64,000 nucleotides of DNA from Elusimicrobiota bacterium (GTDB lineage: Bacteria > Elusimicrobiota > Elusimicrobia > Elusimicrobiales > Elusimicrobiaceae), in assembly GCA_023398295.1 (NCBI GenBank), contig JAEWSL010000010.1, forward strand, positions 2,268 through 66,267, given 5' to 3'. The position numbers and the translations under genes are program-made. Every line of letters begins with the position of its first letter. The first letter of the stretch is position 1. Below the pieces are notes generated by a model, which saw nothing but the letters and a program-made list of their open reading frames with translations, was not told the DNA's origin and ran no database searches. Shown one piece after another: positions 44,144 through 53,853 of the stretch.

Positions 44144-45208
44144 TTATTTATGCTCTTTCTTATAGCTTTTTATGCGGCGGGCCGCATTCTCTTTAAGATT
44201 GTTGAAGAAAAATCTGTAATCGTACATATGCAAAACGCCCGCGGGGAAAAAGCCTTCATTTGCGTTATATTTAGACGTGTCAACTTCAACGACCAAGGCG
44301 TTTGTGCCCTCTTCAAGCCGCGCGGTTTTGAAAGGTTTTTCCTCTCCCTCCACAACGCCGGTTTCGCTGTTATATATAATCCCGCCTTTATACTGGCTTT
44401 TTTTGCTGGGTTTTCCGTCGGTTCGCCAATTTACGGGGTTAATTGCCTGCGCGTCTTTGCGCAAAAGGAAAGAATATCCGCTGTTTGGCAGCTCGGTGTT
44501 ATAAGAGATTATAACTCCGGTGTCTTTTGGCCCTTTTGCCATTTTCAAAAAAGGATATTTTTCCAAATCCTCTTTGGTAACCGACCAGCCCACAATATAG
44601 GCCGCCACAAGTTTATCCTGAAGTTTTTTATCGGCAAATCGCTGCTCCATAATATTTTTTATCATCATGGAGCCCTGGCTGAACCCCATCAAAATAAACG
44701 GGCGGCCGTTATTGTAATGCTGCAGATAATAATCAAAAGCTTTAAGCGTATCCTGATAGGGAATTGAAAGGAAATTGGCAAGGCTGTTATCGTCAAGCTT
44801 GACGACTTCTATGGAGCCGCTTCTGTAATACGGCGCGTAAATGTTAACTTTATCGCCGGCAAGGGCGGTGTTGAAATTTATATAATTTACGGCGTTTTTC
44901 TTTGAGGCTTCGTCGTTAAAATTCTGATATTCAAGTCCGTTCCCCCCGAAGATAGTGGGATAAACGTAAAAGACGTCTATATCCTGGGGCTCCTGCCCGA
45001 GGGCGGGAAGTTTAAGCCAATACTTTTCCTCGCCGTAGCGCGGCGCGGAAGGGATAGCGTATGTCTTGAAAGTCTGAGATGCCGAAGCGGCAACCGCAGA
45101 CGGCGCGCTTTGCGTTGAAACCGCCGTTGTCTGCGCGTAAAGCGCCGGCAAAAGCAGCAGGACAAAAGATAAACATAAATTTAATTTGGCGTTAAAAAAT
45201 TTCTTCAT
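44144..45208 (-). CDS. secreted alpha/beta-hydrolase, DUF3089-like
   Basis: The ATG at 45208 (AGAGGGG RBS) gives the signal peptide MKKFFNAKLNLCLSFVLLLLPALYAQ. Has the nucleophile-elbow motif GFSQGS. The longer ORF-track start at 45268 would overlap lepA. Confidence 0.55.
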   Translation of the reverse strand: MKKFFNAKLNLCLSFVLLLLPALYAQTTAVSTQSAPSAVAASASQTFKTYAIPSAPRYGEEKYWLKLPALGQEPQDIDVFYVYPTIFGGNGLEYQNFNDEASKKNAVNYINFNTALAGDKVNIYAPYYRSGSIEVVKLDDNSLANFLSIPYQDTLKAFDYYLQHYNNGRPFILMGFSQGSMMIKNIMEQRFADKKLQDKLVAAYIVGWSVTKEDLEKYPFLKMAKGPKDTGVIISYNTELPNSGYSFLLRKDAQAINPVNWRTDGKPSKKSQYKGGIIYNSETGVVEGEEKPFKTARLEEGTNALVVEVDTSKYNANEGFFPAGVLHMYDYRFFFNNLKENAARRIKSYKKEHK

Positions 45209-45218
45209 GTAACCCCTC

Positions 45219-47039
45219 TTATTCCTCAATTTTAAGCATAGCGATGAAAGCTTCCTGCGGGATATCAACGCTGCCGATGCTCTTCATTCTTTTCTTGCCT
45301 TCTTTTTGTTTCTCAAGCAATTTTCTTTTGCGCGTAATATCGCCGCCGTAGCATTTTGCTATAACGTCTTTGCGAAAGGCGGCAATGGTTTCGCGCGCAA
45401 TAATTTTGCCGTTTACGCGCGCCTGCACGGCCACCTCAAACTGCTGCCGGCCGATAAGTTCTTTTAACTTTTCGCACAAAAGCCGTCCGCGCGTAAGGGC
45501 TTTGTCTTTATGCGTTACCACGGAAAGCGCGTCAACCGGACTGCCGTGTATAAGCACTTCCATCAAAACGACGTCGCTGCTGCGGTAATCGGCAATTTCG
45601 TAATCAAAAGAAGCATATCCTTTTGACACGGACTTTAACTTATTATAGAAATCTATCACCATTTCCGCCATAGGCATATAATAGTTTATCATAACGCGCG
45701 AACTTGAAAGATGCTCCAGGCTTATATAAACGCCGCGCTTTTCTTTAAGCAACGTCATAACGCCGTCCATATAGACAATCGGCGTCACGATTTTTATTTT
45801 TATGGAAGGCTCTTTTATGTCAATTATATCGCCGTGCGGAGGAAAGTTCGCCGGATTATCTATCCATTTATAGCCGCCGCCTGCGTCGGCCAGGGCGGAA
45901 AGTTCCTGCGGATGCGTTTTGCGCAAAGTAAACTTTACCTGATAAATAACGTTGGGGCTGGTGGCAATCAGAGAAAGGCCAAATTCCCTCTCAAGCCTTT
46001 CTTTTACTATCTCTATATGCAAAATCCCCATAAAACCAAGACGAAAACCAAAACCCAAAGCTTTGGAAACTTCGCTTTGATAACTGAAAGAACTGTCCGA
46101 CAAGTTTAATTTCTCAAGAGCGGTCCTAAGCAGCGGATAATCGGTTGTTTCAATTGGGAAAATGCTGGCAAAAACTACAGGTTTTGCCTCGCTGTAGCCG
46201 TGCAGCGGCGTTTTTGCGGGCTCGTCGGCAAGCGTAACGGTATCGCCCACCTGCACCTGATGGATATCTTTTATGCCCGCAATAATATACCCCACTTCGC
46301 CGCACTGGAGGCCCTGGCATTTTTCAAGCTTAGGCGTCATATAGCCGACTTCTTCTATCTTGGAAGTAAAGCCCGAGGCCATTAATTTCAAAGTCTGCCC
46401 CGCTTTTATTTTGCCGTCCATAAGCCGCACGTAAACTATGACGCCGCGAAAAGAATCGTAAAAAGAATCAAAAATCAAAGCGCGCGTTTTGCCCTCGGGC
46501 TCGCCTTTGGGAGCGGGCACGTCTTTTACGATACGCTCAATTAAATGCTCTACGCCAAGACCGGTTTTGGCGCTTACCCTTTCTGCCGAAAGAGGCTCTT
46601 TAAGGACTTCCCAAATCTGCTCTTCGGCGACATCGGCGTCGCTTTGATTTAGGTCCACCTTATTTATAACCGGTATTATTTTAAGGCCGAGGCTTTGCGC
46701 CAGATGCGCGTGAGCCACCGTCTGCGCTTCAACGCCCTGAGAGGCGTCTACAAGAAGCAAAACCCCCTCGCACGCGCGAAGGGAGCGCGCCACTTCGTAG
46801 GAAAAATCAACATGGCCCGGCGTGTCAATTAAATTGAGGATATAATCTTTATATTTTATGCGCACGGCCTTTGCTTTGATGGTAATGCCGCGCTCGCGCT
46901 CAAGATCCATACCGTCAAGCAGCTGCGCCTGCATTTTGCGATGCTCTACGGTGCCGGTATCTTCCAAAATACGGTCCGATAATGTTGTTTTGCCATGGTC
47001 TATGTGCGCGACTATGGAGAAATTGCGTATCTTTTTCAT
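45219..47039 (-). CDS. lepA: translation elongation factor 4 (LepA)
   Basis: IRNFSIVAHIDHGKTTL, DTPGHVDF, NKVD, and the LepA-specific C-terminal domain. I prefer the ATG at 47039; the ORF-track start at 47051 is a TTG. Confidence 0.95.
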   Translation of the reverse strand: MKKIRNFSIVAHIDHGKTTLSDRILEDTGTVEHRKMQAQLLDGMDLERERGITIKAKAVRIKYKDYILNLIDTPGHVDFSYEVARSLRACEGVLLLVDASQGVEAQTVAHAHLAQSLGLKIIPVINKVDLNQSDADVAEEQIWEVLKEPLSAERVSAKTGLGVEHLIERIVKDVPAPKGEPEGKTRALIFDSFYDSFRGVIVYVRLMDGKIKAGQTLKLMASGFTSKIEEVGYMTPKLEKCQGLQCGEVGYIIAGIKDIHQVQVGDTVTLADEPAKTPLHGYSEAKPVVFASIFPIETTDYPLLRTALEKLNLSDSSFSYQSEVSKALGFGFRLGFMGILHIEIVKERLEREFGLSLIATSPNVIYQVKFTLRKTHPQELSALADAGGGYKWIDNPANFPPHGDIIDIKEPSIKIKIVTPIVYMDGVMTLLKEKRGVYISLEHLSSSRVMINYYMPMAEMVIDFYNKLKSVSKGYASFDYEIADYRSSDVVLMEVLIHGSPVDALSVVTHKDKALTRGRLLCEKLKELIGRQQFEVAVQARVNGKIIARETIAAFRKDVIAKCYGGDITRKRKLLEKQKEGKKRMKSIGSVDIPQEAFIAMLKIEE

Positions 47040-47054
47040 CTGATTAAGCAAAGC

Positions 47055-48779
47055 CTAAAAATTTTCTTTGAGTTTTCTGATTTCAGAAGAGCTTGTGAGC
47101 AATATGGCCGCCTGGGCCAAATTGGAACAATCTTTGAAATTCAAATTTCTTAAGGTGTTCTTTATCCTAAGAAACATTACGGTTGAAACCGATAAAATAT
47201 CCACACCCAGTCCTACCAAAAAAGGTATCATCTCCGGATCGGAGGCCATCTCCCCGCAAATGCTTACGGGTTTTCCTTTCTTGCGCGCCGCTTGAATAAC
47301 GAAATTTATAACGCGCAAAACGGCCGGATGGTAGGGATCATATAAATCGGCCACCTCTTGATTTACCCTGTCAACGGCGATAAGATATTGAATTAAATCG
47401 TTTGTGCCTATGGAAACAAAATCCACTTCCGCCAGTATGCCGTCCATGGTAAGCGCAGCCGAGGGCACTTCTATCATAGCTCCCGTTTCAATAGGGTGCC
47501 GCGGTATTATGTTTTTTGAAGCCGTTTCGGCAAGCACTTCCTTAAAAATTCCGTTTACAATTTTTATCTCCTCAACGGAAGAAACCATGGGTATCATCAT
47601 CTTAACGCGCGCAGGCACCTCCGAGGCGGTCCTTATTATGGCGCGCATCTGCGTGCGCATAAGAGAAGGATATTTCAAAAACAGTCTTATGCCGCGGCAG
47701 CCCATAAAGGGATTGTCTTCTTCGCTGGGCCTGGAAAGGCCAAACTGCGCGATTTTATCTCCGCCTAAATCGGCAAGGCGTATGGTAAAAGGACGCAAAT
47801 CAAAATGAAGAGCCGCTTTTTTATATATGGAAACCTGCTCGTCCTCACCTGGCGGCAGGTAGCGGTCCATATAAATAAATTCTGTGCGCAGCAGACCCAA
47901 CCCGTCGGAGCGAAAAGGCACTTCCCCCTTAAATTCCTGCCGCGGGTCGTAGTTGAGATATAATGTAACTTTATGCCCGTCTTTTGTAACGTTGGGAAGA
48001 GCGCTTATATCTTGCAAAGAAATTTCTTTCTGTAAAAACAAAACCTGTTTTTGTCTGTATTCTTTTAGAGTTTTATCATCGGGGCTTATGATTATTTTGC
48101 CTTCCTCGCCGTCTACGATAATAAGGTCGTTTTGCTTAGTCTGCTCGGCCGCGGCGCAAAGACCGACAACCGCAGGCATCTGCATGCTTTGCGCCAAAAT
48201 GGCGGTATGACTAGTTTTACCGCCGACGTCGGTTACAAAACCCAAAACATTTTTGCTGCTTAAACGCAAGGTGTCGGAGGGAAATAAATTATGCGCTATT
48301 ACCACCGAAGGCTGCTTTATGCCGCTGAACTTATTTTGCTTTTTTTGCGTAAGATTCTCAAAAAGGCTTTTGGCGACGTCGGCCAGGTCAAATTTCCGCT
48401 CTCTGAAAAAATCGTTTTTTATGGAGTCAAAATGCCGCATGGCTTCCTGCACGCAGACGTAAAGGGCGTACTCCGCATTTAATTTTTCTTTTTCAATTTT
48501 CTTCTTTACGTTTTGATTTAAGACGGGATCTTTCAAAATCGCTTTATGCGCCTGCAAAAGTTTTGCATAATCGTTGCCGAAAAGCTCTTTTACCTTGCTT
48601 TCCGTTTTAGTAAACTCTTCGTAAGTCTTATCTATCGCCGCGGAGTAGCGGCGCAGTTCTACCTGCACGTCGGCGGGAGCGACGGGACGGTTTTCGGTCA
48701 TAACGGCATCGGGGGCCACCACGTAGGCGGGGCCTATGGCTATACCGGGAGAAGCCGCTATGCCTTTTAAGACTATCAT
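47055..48779 (-). CDS. ptsI: phosphoenolpyruvate-protein phosphotransferase (PTS Enzyme I)
   Basis: Phospho-His domain GGKTSHTAILAQS and the PEP-utilising TIM barrel (GLLRTEF, IGTNDLIQY, CGEMA). 4-nt overlap with ptsH. Confidence 0.95.
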   Translation of the reverse strand: MIVLKGIAASPGIAIGPAYVVAPDAVMTENRPVAPADVQVELRRYSAAIDKTYEEFTKTESKVKELFGNDYAKLLQAHKAILKDPVLNQNVKKKIEKEKLNAEYALYVCVQEAMRHFDSIKNDFFRERKFDLADVAKSLFENLTQKKQNKFSGIKQPSVVIAHNLFPSDTLRLSSKNVLGFVTDVGGKTSHTAILAQSMQMPAVVGLCAAAEQTKQNDLIIVDGEEGKIIISPDDKTLKEYRQKQVLFLQKEISLQDISALPNVTKDGHKVTLYLNYDPRQEFKGEVPFRSDGLGLLRTEFIYMDRYLPPGEDEQVSIYKKAALHFDLRPFTIRLADLGGDKIAQFGLSRPSEEDNPFMGCRGIRLFLKYPSLMRTQMRAIIRTASEVPARVKMMIPMVSSVEEIKIVNGIFKEVLAETASKNIIPRHPIETGAMIEVPSAALTMDGILAEVDFVSIGTNDLIQYLIAVDRVNQEVADLYDPYHPAVLRVINFVIQAARKKGKPVSICGEMASDPEMIPFLVGLGVDILSVSTVMFLRIKNTLRNLNFKDCSNLAQAAILLTSSSEIRKLKENF

Positions 48780-49045
48780 TTATCCTCCTCCGCAATCTTG
48801 CCAAAGACGGACTTTAAGCTTTCAAAAGCATCTTTCTCATCCTCTCCTTTGATGATAAGCTTAATCAAAGAGCCCTGCTCGGCCGCCAGCATCATTATGC
48901 CCATAATGCTTTTGGCGTTTACTTCCATCTCGTCTTTAAGGATGAAAACGTCGCTCTTAAAACGGCCCGCGTCTTGCGCTATCATGGCGGCCGGCCTTGC
49001 GTGGATACCAAGTCTGTTAACTATTTTTATATCTTCTTCTATCAC
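48776..49045 (-). CDS. ptsH: phosphocarrier protein HPr
   Basis: 89 aa. His15 lies in GIHARPA and Ser46 lies in NAKSIMGIM, counted directly from the translation. Confidence 0.9.
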   Translation of the reverse strand: MIEEDIKIVNRLGIHARPAAMIAQDAGRFKSDVFILKDEMEVNAKSIMGIMMLAAEQGSLIKLIIKGEDEKDAFESLKSVFGKIAEEDK

Positions 49046-49055
49046 TTATCCCCCG

Positions 49056-49871
49056 TCAGGCGATGAAAGAAGCCAGCGCAAAAAGCACCGTGCCGGAAAT
49101 ATAAAGGACTATGCTCGGCATATTAAGCTTCTTCATAAATATCGTCAAAATTACAAAAGCCAAAAGCAAAGAGGCTTTCATAATCGTATCGGCGTCGACA
49201 ACCGTGCCCTTAAAACGCGAATAAACTCCGTAGGCAAATAAAGCCAGCGTAAACAACTGTCCCAAAGTTTTAAGAAAAGAAATTGCTTTGTTCCAGTTCA
49301 GGTTTATAAGCCCGTAAAAATTATTTTCCGTGCCGTTGTAGCCGTCGTAAAACCCTTTTGCGCGGATAGCAAAAGCCGGTATGTCGTAAATTAAAAGAGA
49401 GCTTATCAAAGCCAACAGAATTATAAAAAGCGTTTCCTTGGTAGGGCCGCTGTCATGCAAAATTTGTATCTGTCCGGCAAATAAAACAAATATGCAGATT
49501 ACAAGAGAAAGAGGTTTTAACACAGCCCAAAAAAGCCTGTCCCCCAAAGAGGCGGCCGTATTGGCGGTGCTGGCGCGGATTATGCGCCACTCTCTTTCCT
49601 CCTGATAAAAATTAAGCTTCGTGCAGACGGAAAGTTTTTCCTCCTGCTTAAGCATGGCGCCTATGCTGTAGAGGCTCATTACGGGATTGCAGTTAAAGCC
49701 TTCCAGATTACGCGCCAAAGCGCGCTTATAAAGAAGTTCATTCTTCTGATAAATAATGCGCAAAGCGGGCCGAACTATATGCAGCACCCCGATGTTTTGG
49801 AATTTGGCGTAATTCCAAAAACTTTGCAAGAAAAGGCTTCTAAAAACTACCGAGCGAGGTTCAACGTACAT
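49056..49871 (-). CDS. PTS mannose/fructose/sorbose-family EIID component
   Basis: FRSLFLQSFWNYAKFQNIG is the EIID N-terminal signature. Polytopic membrane protein, 271 aa. Confidence 0.85.
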   Translation of the reverse strand: MYVEPRSVVFRSLFLQSFWNYAKFQNIGVLHIVRPALRIIYQKNELLYKRALARNLEGFNCNPVMSLYSIGAMLKQEEKLSVCTKLNFYQEEREWRIIRASTANTAASLGDRLFWAVLKPLSLVICIFVLFAGQIQILHDSGPTKETLFIILLALISSLLIYDIPAFAIRAKGFYDGYNGTENNFYGLINLNWNKAISFLKTLGQLFTLALFAYGVYSRFKGTVVDADTIMKASLLLAFVILTIFMKKLNMPSIVLYISGTVLFALASFIA

Positions 49872-49875
49872 AAAT

Positions 49876-50487
49876 TTAGTCCTCCTTAAGCTTTGAGCTA
49901 AATGAGATAAACAGCACCGAAAGCCCTATCCACGGCACCACAAAGTAAGAGAACTTAAAAGCTATATGTATTTTTTGAGGAATATCTTCGTCAAAATAAG
50001 CAAACAACGGGCCTATTAAAGTGCAAACCGCCACCAGGAAAAGCAAAACGGCCAGGAATTGGAAGATAAGGCTCTGCGCCAAAACGGCGCCCGTGCTTGT
50101 TTTGCCTTCCAGAAGCGCTTTTTCCACCACGGGAAGTATGCGCGTGCGGAATTTTCTTAACCCTTTCTCCAGAAAACTGAAAAGTATTCCCGTCATGATG
50201 CCGGCAAAAAAAGCAAAATAAATATCCATGGCAAAGAAATGCGCCAGCAAAACCGCGCTGCCCGCGCTTATAGCCCCGCTGGGCGGCACAACCCCGCCGA
50301 CCGGAATAAAGTCAAGATAAATAAGTTCCGTAAAAATGCCGAGTTGGAGGCCCAAAAATAAATCTCCGCTGAACATGCCCAGCAAAGCCCCCGCCACTAT
50401 GGGGCGCGAAATCAACACCTGCCCCACATAAGTAACGTCCAGTTCCAAAAATGCCAGCAAAGCGCAAAGCAATATTAGTTGTAACAT
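49876..50487 (-). CDS. PTS mannose-family EIIC component (short form)
   Basis: A hydrophobic 203-aa protein between IIB and IID, with the EIIC-Man-like start LELDVTYVGQVLISRPIVAGALLG. Shorter than the roughly 260 aa I recall for E. coli ManY. Confidence 0.75.
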   Translation of the reverse strand: MLQLILLCALLAFLELDVTYVGQVLISRPIVAGALLGMFSGDLFLGLQLGIFTELIYLDFIPVGGVVPPSGAISAGSAVLLAHFFAMDIYFAFFAGIMTGILFSFLEKGLRKFRTRILPVVEKALLEGKTSTGAVLAQSLIFQFLAVLLFLVAVCTLIGPLFAYFDEDIPQKIHIAFKFSYFVVPWIGLSVLFISFSSKLKED

Positions 50488-50945
50488 TAAAATAACCTCT
50501 TTGAAAGCGATGCGGGCAGAGCCCGAACATCAAATTTTACAGTCTTCGCAAGGTCTTTAACAAAAGGGACTTCATTTTCCGATAAATAAACCCCTTGCGA
50601 ATATTCTTTTTTGCCTTCCTGATACTCCGTGTTTCCTACATTTACTTTCTCAAACTTTACGCCTTCTTTGATTAAAGAGGCCAAAGTTTCAAACCCGTCA
50701 ATAAGCAAAAAAACTTTTTGCGGGTTTTGCCCCCCAAGATATCTGGCGGCGGACGTTTCGTCAAAAACGCGCAGCCCGTAAGAGGGCGGTAAAGCAAGTC
50801 TCAGCATTTTTTGCATAAGCGCGCTTGAAGCCGCTTCCCGCGATACTATGACCACTTCCTGCGCTTTAATCTGCGGCAGCCAGCTTTCCACCACCTGCCC
50901 GTGCAGCAATCTGTTGTCTATGCGCGTAAAAATTATATCCATCAT
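50487..50945 (-). CDS. PTS mannose/sorbose-family EIIB component
   Basis: RIDNRLLHGQVVESW carries the phospho-His signature of EIIB-Man. Confidence 0.85.
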   Translation of the reverse strand: MMDIIFTRIDNRLLHGQVVESWLPQIKAQEVVIVSREAASSALMQKMLRLALPPSYGLRVFDETSAARYLGGQNPQKVFLLIDGFETLASLIKEGVKFEKVNVGNTEYQEGKKEYSQGVYLSENEVPFVKDLAKTVKFDVRALPASLSKRLF

Positions 50946-50966
50946 CGTGGCATCCCGCCGCCGCTT

Positions 50967-51362
50967 TTAACAGCATTGGCATCTTTCCGTTGCGTTGAAA
51001 ACGGCTTTTTTGCCGTCTTCCAAAACCTTTTTGGCAAGGTCCCGAGCGTTAAGCTTTTCCCTGTTGTTAAGGGCGCAAAGAAGCATGCTTAAATTAAGCC
51101 CGCAGAGCACCTGCGTATTTTTACTCTCCTGCAAAGAACAGACCGCCATATTGCAGGCCGTCCCGCCGAAAGTGTCTGTAAGCACCAAAGTGCCTTTTGG
51201 CGAAGCGTTTTTTTTAACTTTGTCCGCCGTTTCCTGCAAATCTATCTTCCCGCTGACGCTTAATGCCAAAACGCTCTCTTTATCAAAAGCGCAGATGCGG
51301 GACGCCGTATCCAGCATAGCCTTAGCCAAACTGCCGTGTGAAATCAAAATAAGCTTTACCAT
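50967..51362 (-). CDS. PTS mannose-family EIIA component
   Basis: The N-terminal [11 protein letters not shown] carries the phospho-His of EIIA-Man. 131 aa. Confidence 0.85.
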   Translation of the reverse strand: MVKLILISHGSLAKAMLDTASRICAFDKESVLALSVSGKIDLQETADKVKKNASPKGTLVLTDTFGGTACNMAVCSLQESKNTQVLCGLNLSMLLCALNNREKLNARDLAKKVLEDGKKAVFNATERCQCC

Positions 51363-52255
51363 ACTTCTTTTTTCTCTATGCCGATATCCCTGTGATATTC
51401 GGACACTTTATAACCTTTCTCCTGAAGATATGCCGCCATACTATGCGCCATAAAAACGCTTCTGTGGCGGCCGCCGCTGCAGCCAATGGCTATCGTCAAG
51501 TAAGATTTGCCCTCCTTAATATATTTGGGTATTAAGTAAACCAGCAAATCGGAATACTTCTTCAAAAAATTCTTCGCGTAAGGCGTTGACATTATGTATT
51601 CCGCCACTTCTTTATCAAGGCCTGTTTTCTCCCTCAGGGCGGCGACGTAATAGGGATTTGCCAAAAAGCGCACGTCTATGACGATATCTGCCTCCAGAGG
51701 AAGACCGTTTTTATAACCGAAGGAAACTATTGAAATTATCATTTCCTCCGAACGCTTTACCTCAAGAAGGCGCGATATCTTTTCCTTCAACTCGCCCAAA
51801 GTAAGATGGGAGGTGTTGATATCTTTATCGGCCATTATTTTAAGAGGGTTAAGCAGACGGCGTTCTTTTTCTATAGCCGTCAAAAGCTGCTCCGCAAGAG
51901 GATGTTTGTGTTTCGTTTCCGAAAATCTGCGCACAAGCACTTCGTTTGAGGCGTCTATAAAAAGCATTTTGGGGCTAAAGCCCTGTTTTATTATAGCCTC
52001 AAGCATAAGCGGCAGATCTTTTATGCCATCGCCGTCGCGCGCGTCTATGCCTAGAGCTATGTTTTTATAACGCTCGTGCTTTTTTATATGCTGCGCAAAA
52101 GCGGGAAGAAGGGCTACAGGCAGATTATCCACGCAGTAAAAACCAAAATCGCCCAGGATTTTTAACACCTGCGTTTTGCCCGCGCCGGAAATGCCGGTTA
52201 TAATAAAAAGTTTCCCCTTTGTCTGCTGGGGAATTAAAGCTTCATTTTCTTCCAT
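51356..52255 (-). CDS. rapZ: RNase adapter protein RapZ (YhbJ)
   Basis: Walker [19 protein letters not shown], and the C-terminal CSGGRHRSV motif. Confidence 0.9.
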   Translation of the reverse strand: MEENEALIPQQTKGKLFIITGISGAGKTQVLKILGDFGFYCVDNLPVALLPAFAQHIKKHERYKNIALGIDARDGDGIKDLPLMLEAIIKQGFSPKMLFIDASNEVLVRRFSETKHKHPLAEQLLTAIEKERRLLNPLKIMADKDINTSHLTLGELKEKISRLLEVKRSEEMIISIVSFGYKNGLPLEADIVIDVRFLANPYYVAALREKTGLDKEVAEYIMSTPYAKNFLKKYSDLLVYLIPKYIKEGKSYLTIAIGCSGGRHRSVFMAHSMAAYLQEKGYKVSEYHRDIGIEKKEVW

Positions 52256-53201
52256 TCTTCTGCCCTTTCATCTGCGAAAGCAGCCTTCTGCTGAACTCTT
52301 TTGCCGAACTTATACCCTGCCCTTTAAGCCTTTGATTTAAGGCGGCGACTTCAATAAGCACGGCCAAATTCCTGCCCGGGGTTACGGGGATTGTCAAAGA
52401 ATTTACCTCCACCCCCAAAATATTGGCTTTTTGCTGCTCCACTCCCAAGCGGTCAATAACGCCGCCCTGCGGAGGAATTAAATTTACCTCCATATCAACG
52501 GAAGAGCTGTCTATAGAAGAGCCTATGCCAAAGAGCCTCTCCACATCAATTATGCCCATGCCGCGCACTTCCATAAAATGCCTAAGCATCGGCGGGCAAA
52601 AACCCAAAAGCGCGCCGCCACGCCTGCGCTGGATTTCAACGACGTCATCGGCCACCAAAATATGCCCGCGCTTAATAAGCTCCAAGGCGCATTCGCTCTT
52701 GCCTATGCCGGCGTCGCCTTTTATAAGAACGCCCAGGCCCGATACCCTTACCAAAACGCCGTGCACATGCGTGCGCGGGGAAATGCAGTCGTCCAAATAA
52801 CTGGTAAGCTCCGATACAAAGGACGCCGTGTCCAAGCTCGTGCTCAAAAGCGGCGTTTTGCCGTCTTTACAGGCCTGCTTTATGGCGGGCAAAATTTTCA
52901 TTCCGGCCGTTACTATAACGCAGGGCACAAGCCCGCCCTTAAGCATTTTTCCTATATTGCCTTTAAGCGCGGCAAAAGGCTGCTTTGCGCAAAACGCATA
53001 TTCCCCGCGGCCGATTATCTGTATAATTTCGGCGCGGTAGTTTTCCAAATGGCCGTCAAGCGCAAGGCCCGGACGGTTAAGAGCGGCTTTTGTAATTTCG
53101 CGCTTCAAGTTAGTTTTACCCGAGATTAGCTCAAGGCAAAGCTCTTTTTGCTTGTCCTGCAAAAGCTGTTCCACCGTCACGGTTCTGGCAAATTGGGACA
53201 C
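52242..53201 (-). CDS. hprK: HPr kinase/phosphorylase
   Basis: P-loop [25 protein letters not shown] plus the HprK signature [13 protein letters not shown] start with a GAGG RBS. Confidence 0.95.
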   Translation of the reverse strand: MSQFARTVTVEQLLQDKQKELCLELISGKTNLKREITKAALNRPGLALDGHLENYRAEIIQIIGRGEYAFCAKQPFAALKGNIGKMLKGGLVPCVIVTAGMKILPAIKQACKDGKTPLLSTSLDTASFVSELTSYLDDCISPRTHVHGVLVRVSGLGVLIKGDAGIGKSECALELIKRGHILVADDVVEIQRRRGGALLGFCPPMLRHFMEVRGMGIIDVERLFGIGSSIDSSSVDMEVNLIPPQGGVIDRLGVEQQKANILGVEVNSLTIPVTPGRNLAVLIEVAALNQRLKGQGISSAKEFSRRLLSQMKGQKNGRK

Positions 53202-53221
53202 GTTAAACCTCGCCGCTTAAA

Positions 53222-53758
53222 TTATTTCTGCTTCACAGGCTGTATAAGCCCGTAAGTGCCGTCAAGCCTTTTGAAAATAAGGTTAATCTGCTTAGACTCT
53301 TCGTCTAAAAACATCCAAAAAGTGTATCCGAGCCTTTCCATTTCGTAGGCGGCGTCTTCAGGGTTCATAGGATAAACTTCAACCTGTTTGATGACCGAAA
53401 ATTTGACGTCGTTTTGCGGAGCGTAAACCGCGCCGTAATAAGAAGCCAAATCTTCCTTTTTCATCTTCTTGCTTCTTACAATTTTGCTTTTTTCCTTCCT
53501 TATCTGCGCTTCAATTTTAAGAATTACGCCGTCTATGGATTTATAAAGGTCCTCTTCTACCGCTTTGGCGGTAAATTTATTCTTGCCGGCGTGTATGGTA
53601 AGTTCGGCGCGCTGGTTTATTTTCTTATCAACGCTGAGCACCGCTTCCGCCCAGGAGTTTTCATCAAAAAATTTATCCAGTTTATCCACTTTGCTTTGGG
53701 TAAAATCTTTTATGGCCTCCGTAAGCTTGATGTTCTTTGCGGTAATTTTAAGTTTCAT
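53222..53758 (-). CDS. hpf: ribosome hibernation-promoting factor (long HPF)
   Basis: The S30AE N-terminal domain (MKLKITAKNIKLTEAIKDF) plus the long-HPF C-terminal dimerisation domain (YPMNPEDAAYEMERLGYTFWMF). I prefer the ATG at 53758 (AAGGAGG RBS) over 53776. Confidence 0.9.
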   Translation of the reverse strand: MKLKITAKNIKLTEAIKDFTQSKVDKLDKFFDENSWAEAVLSVDKKINQRAELTIHAGKNKFTAKAVEEDLYKSIDGVILKIEAQIRKEKSKIVRSKKMKKEDLASYYGAVYAPQNDVKFSVIKQVEVYPMNPEDAAYEMERLGYTFWMFLDEESKQINLIFKRLDGTYGLIQPVKQK

Positions 53759-53853
53759 AGATTCCTCCTTCCCCAAGCGCGTTGTTTCGCGCTTCCTATA
53801 TATATTTATCTTTCTATTAAATCATTTGTGCGCCCGTCTGTCAAATTGACGGG

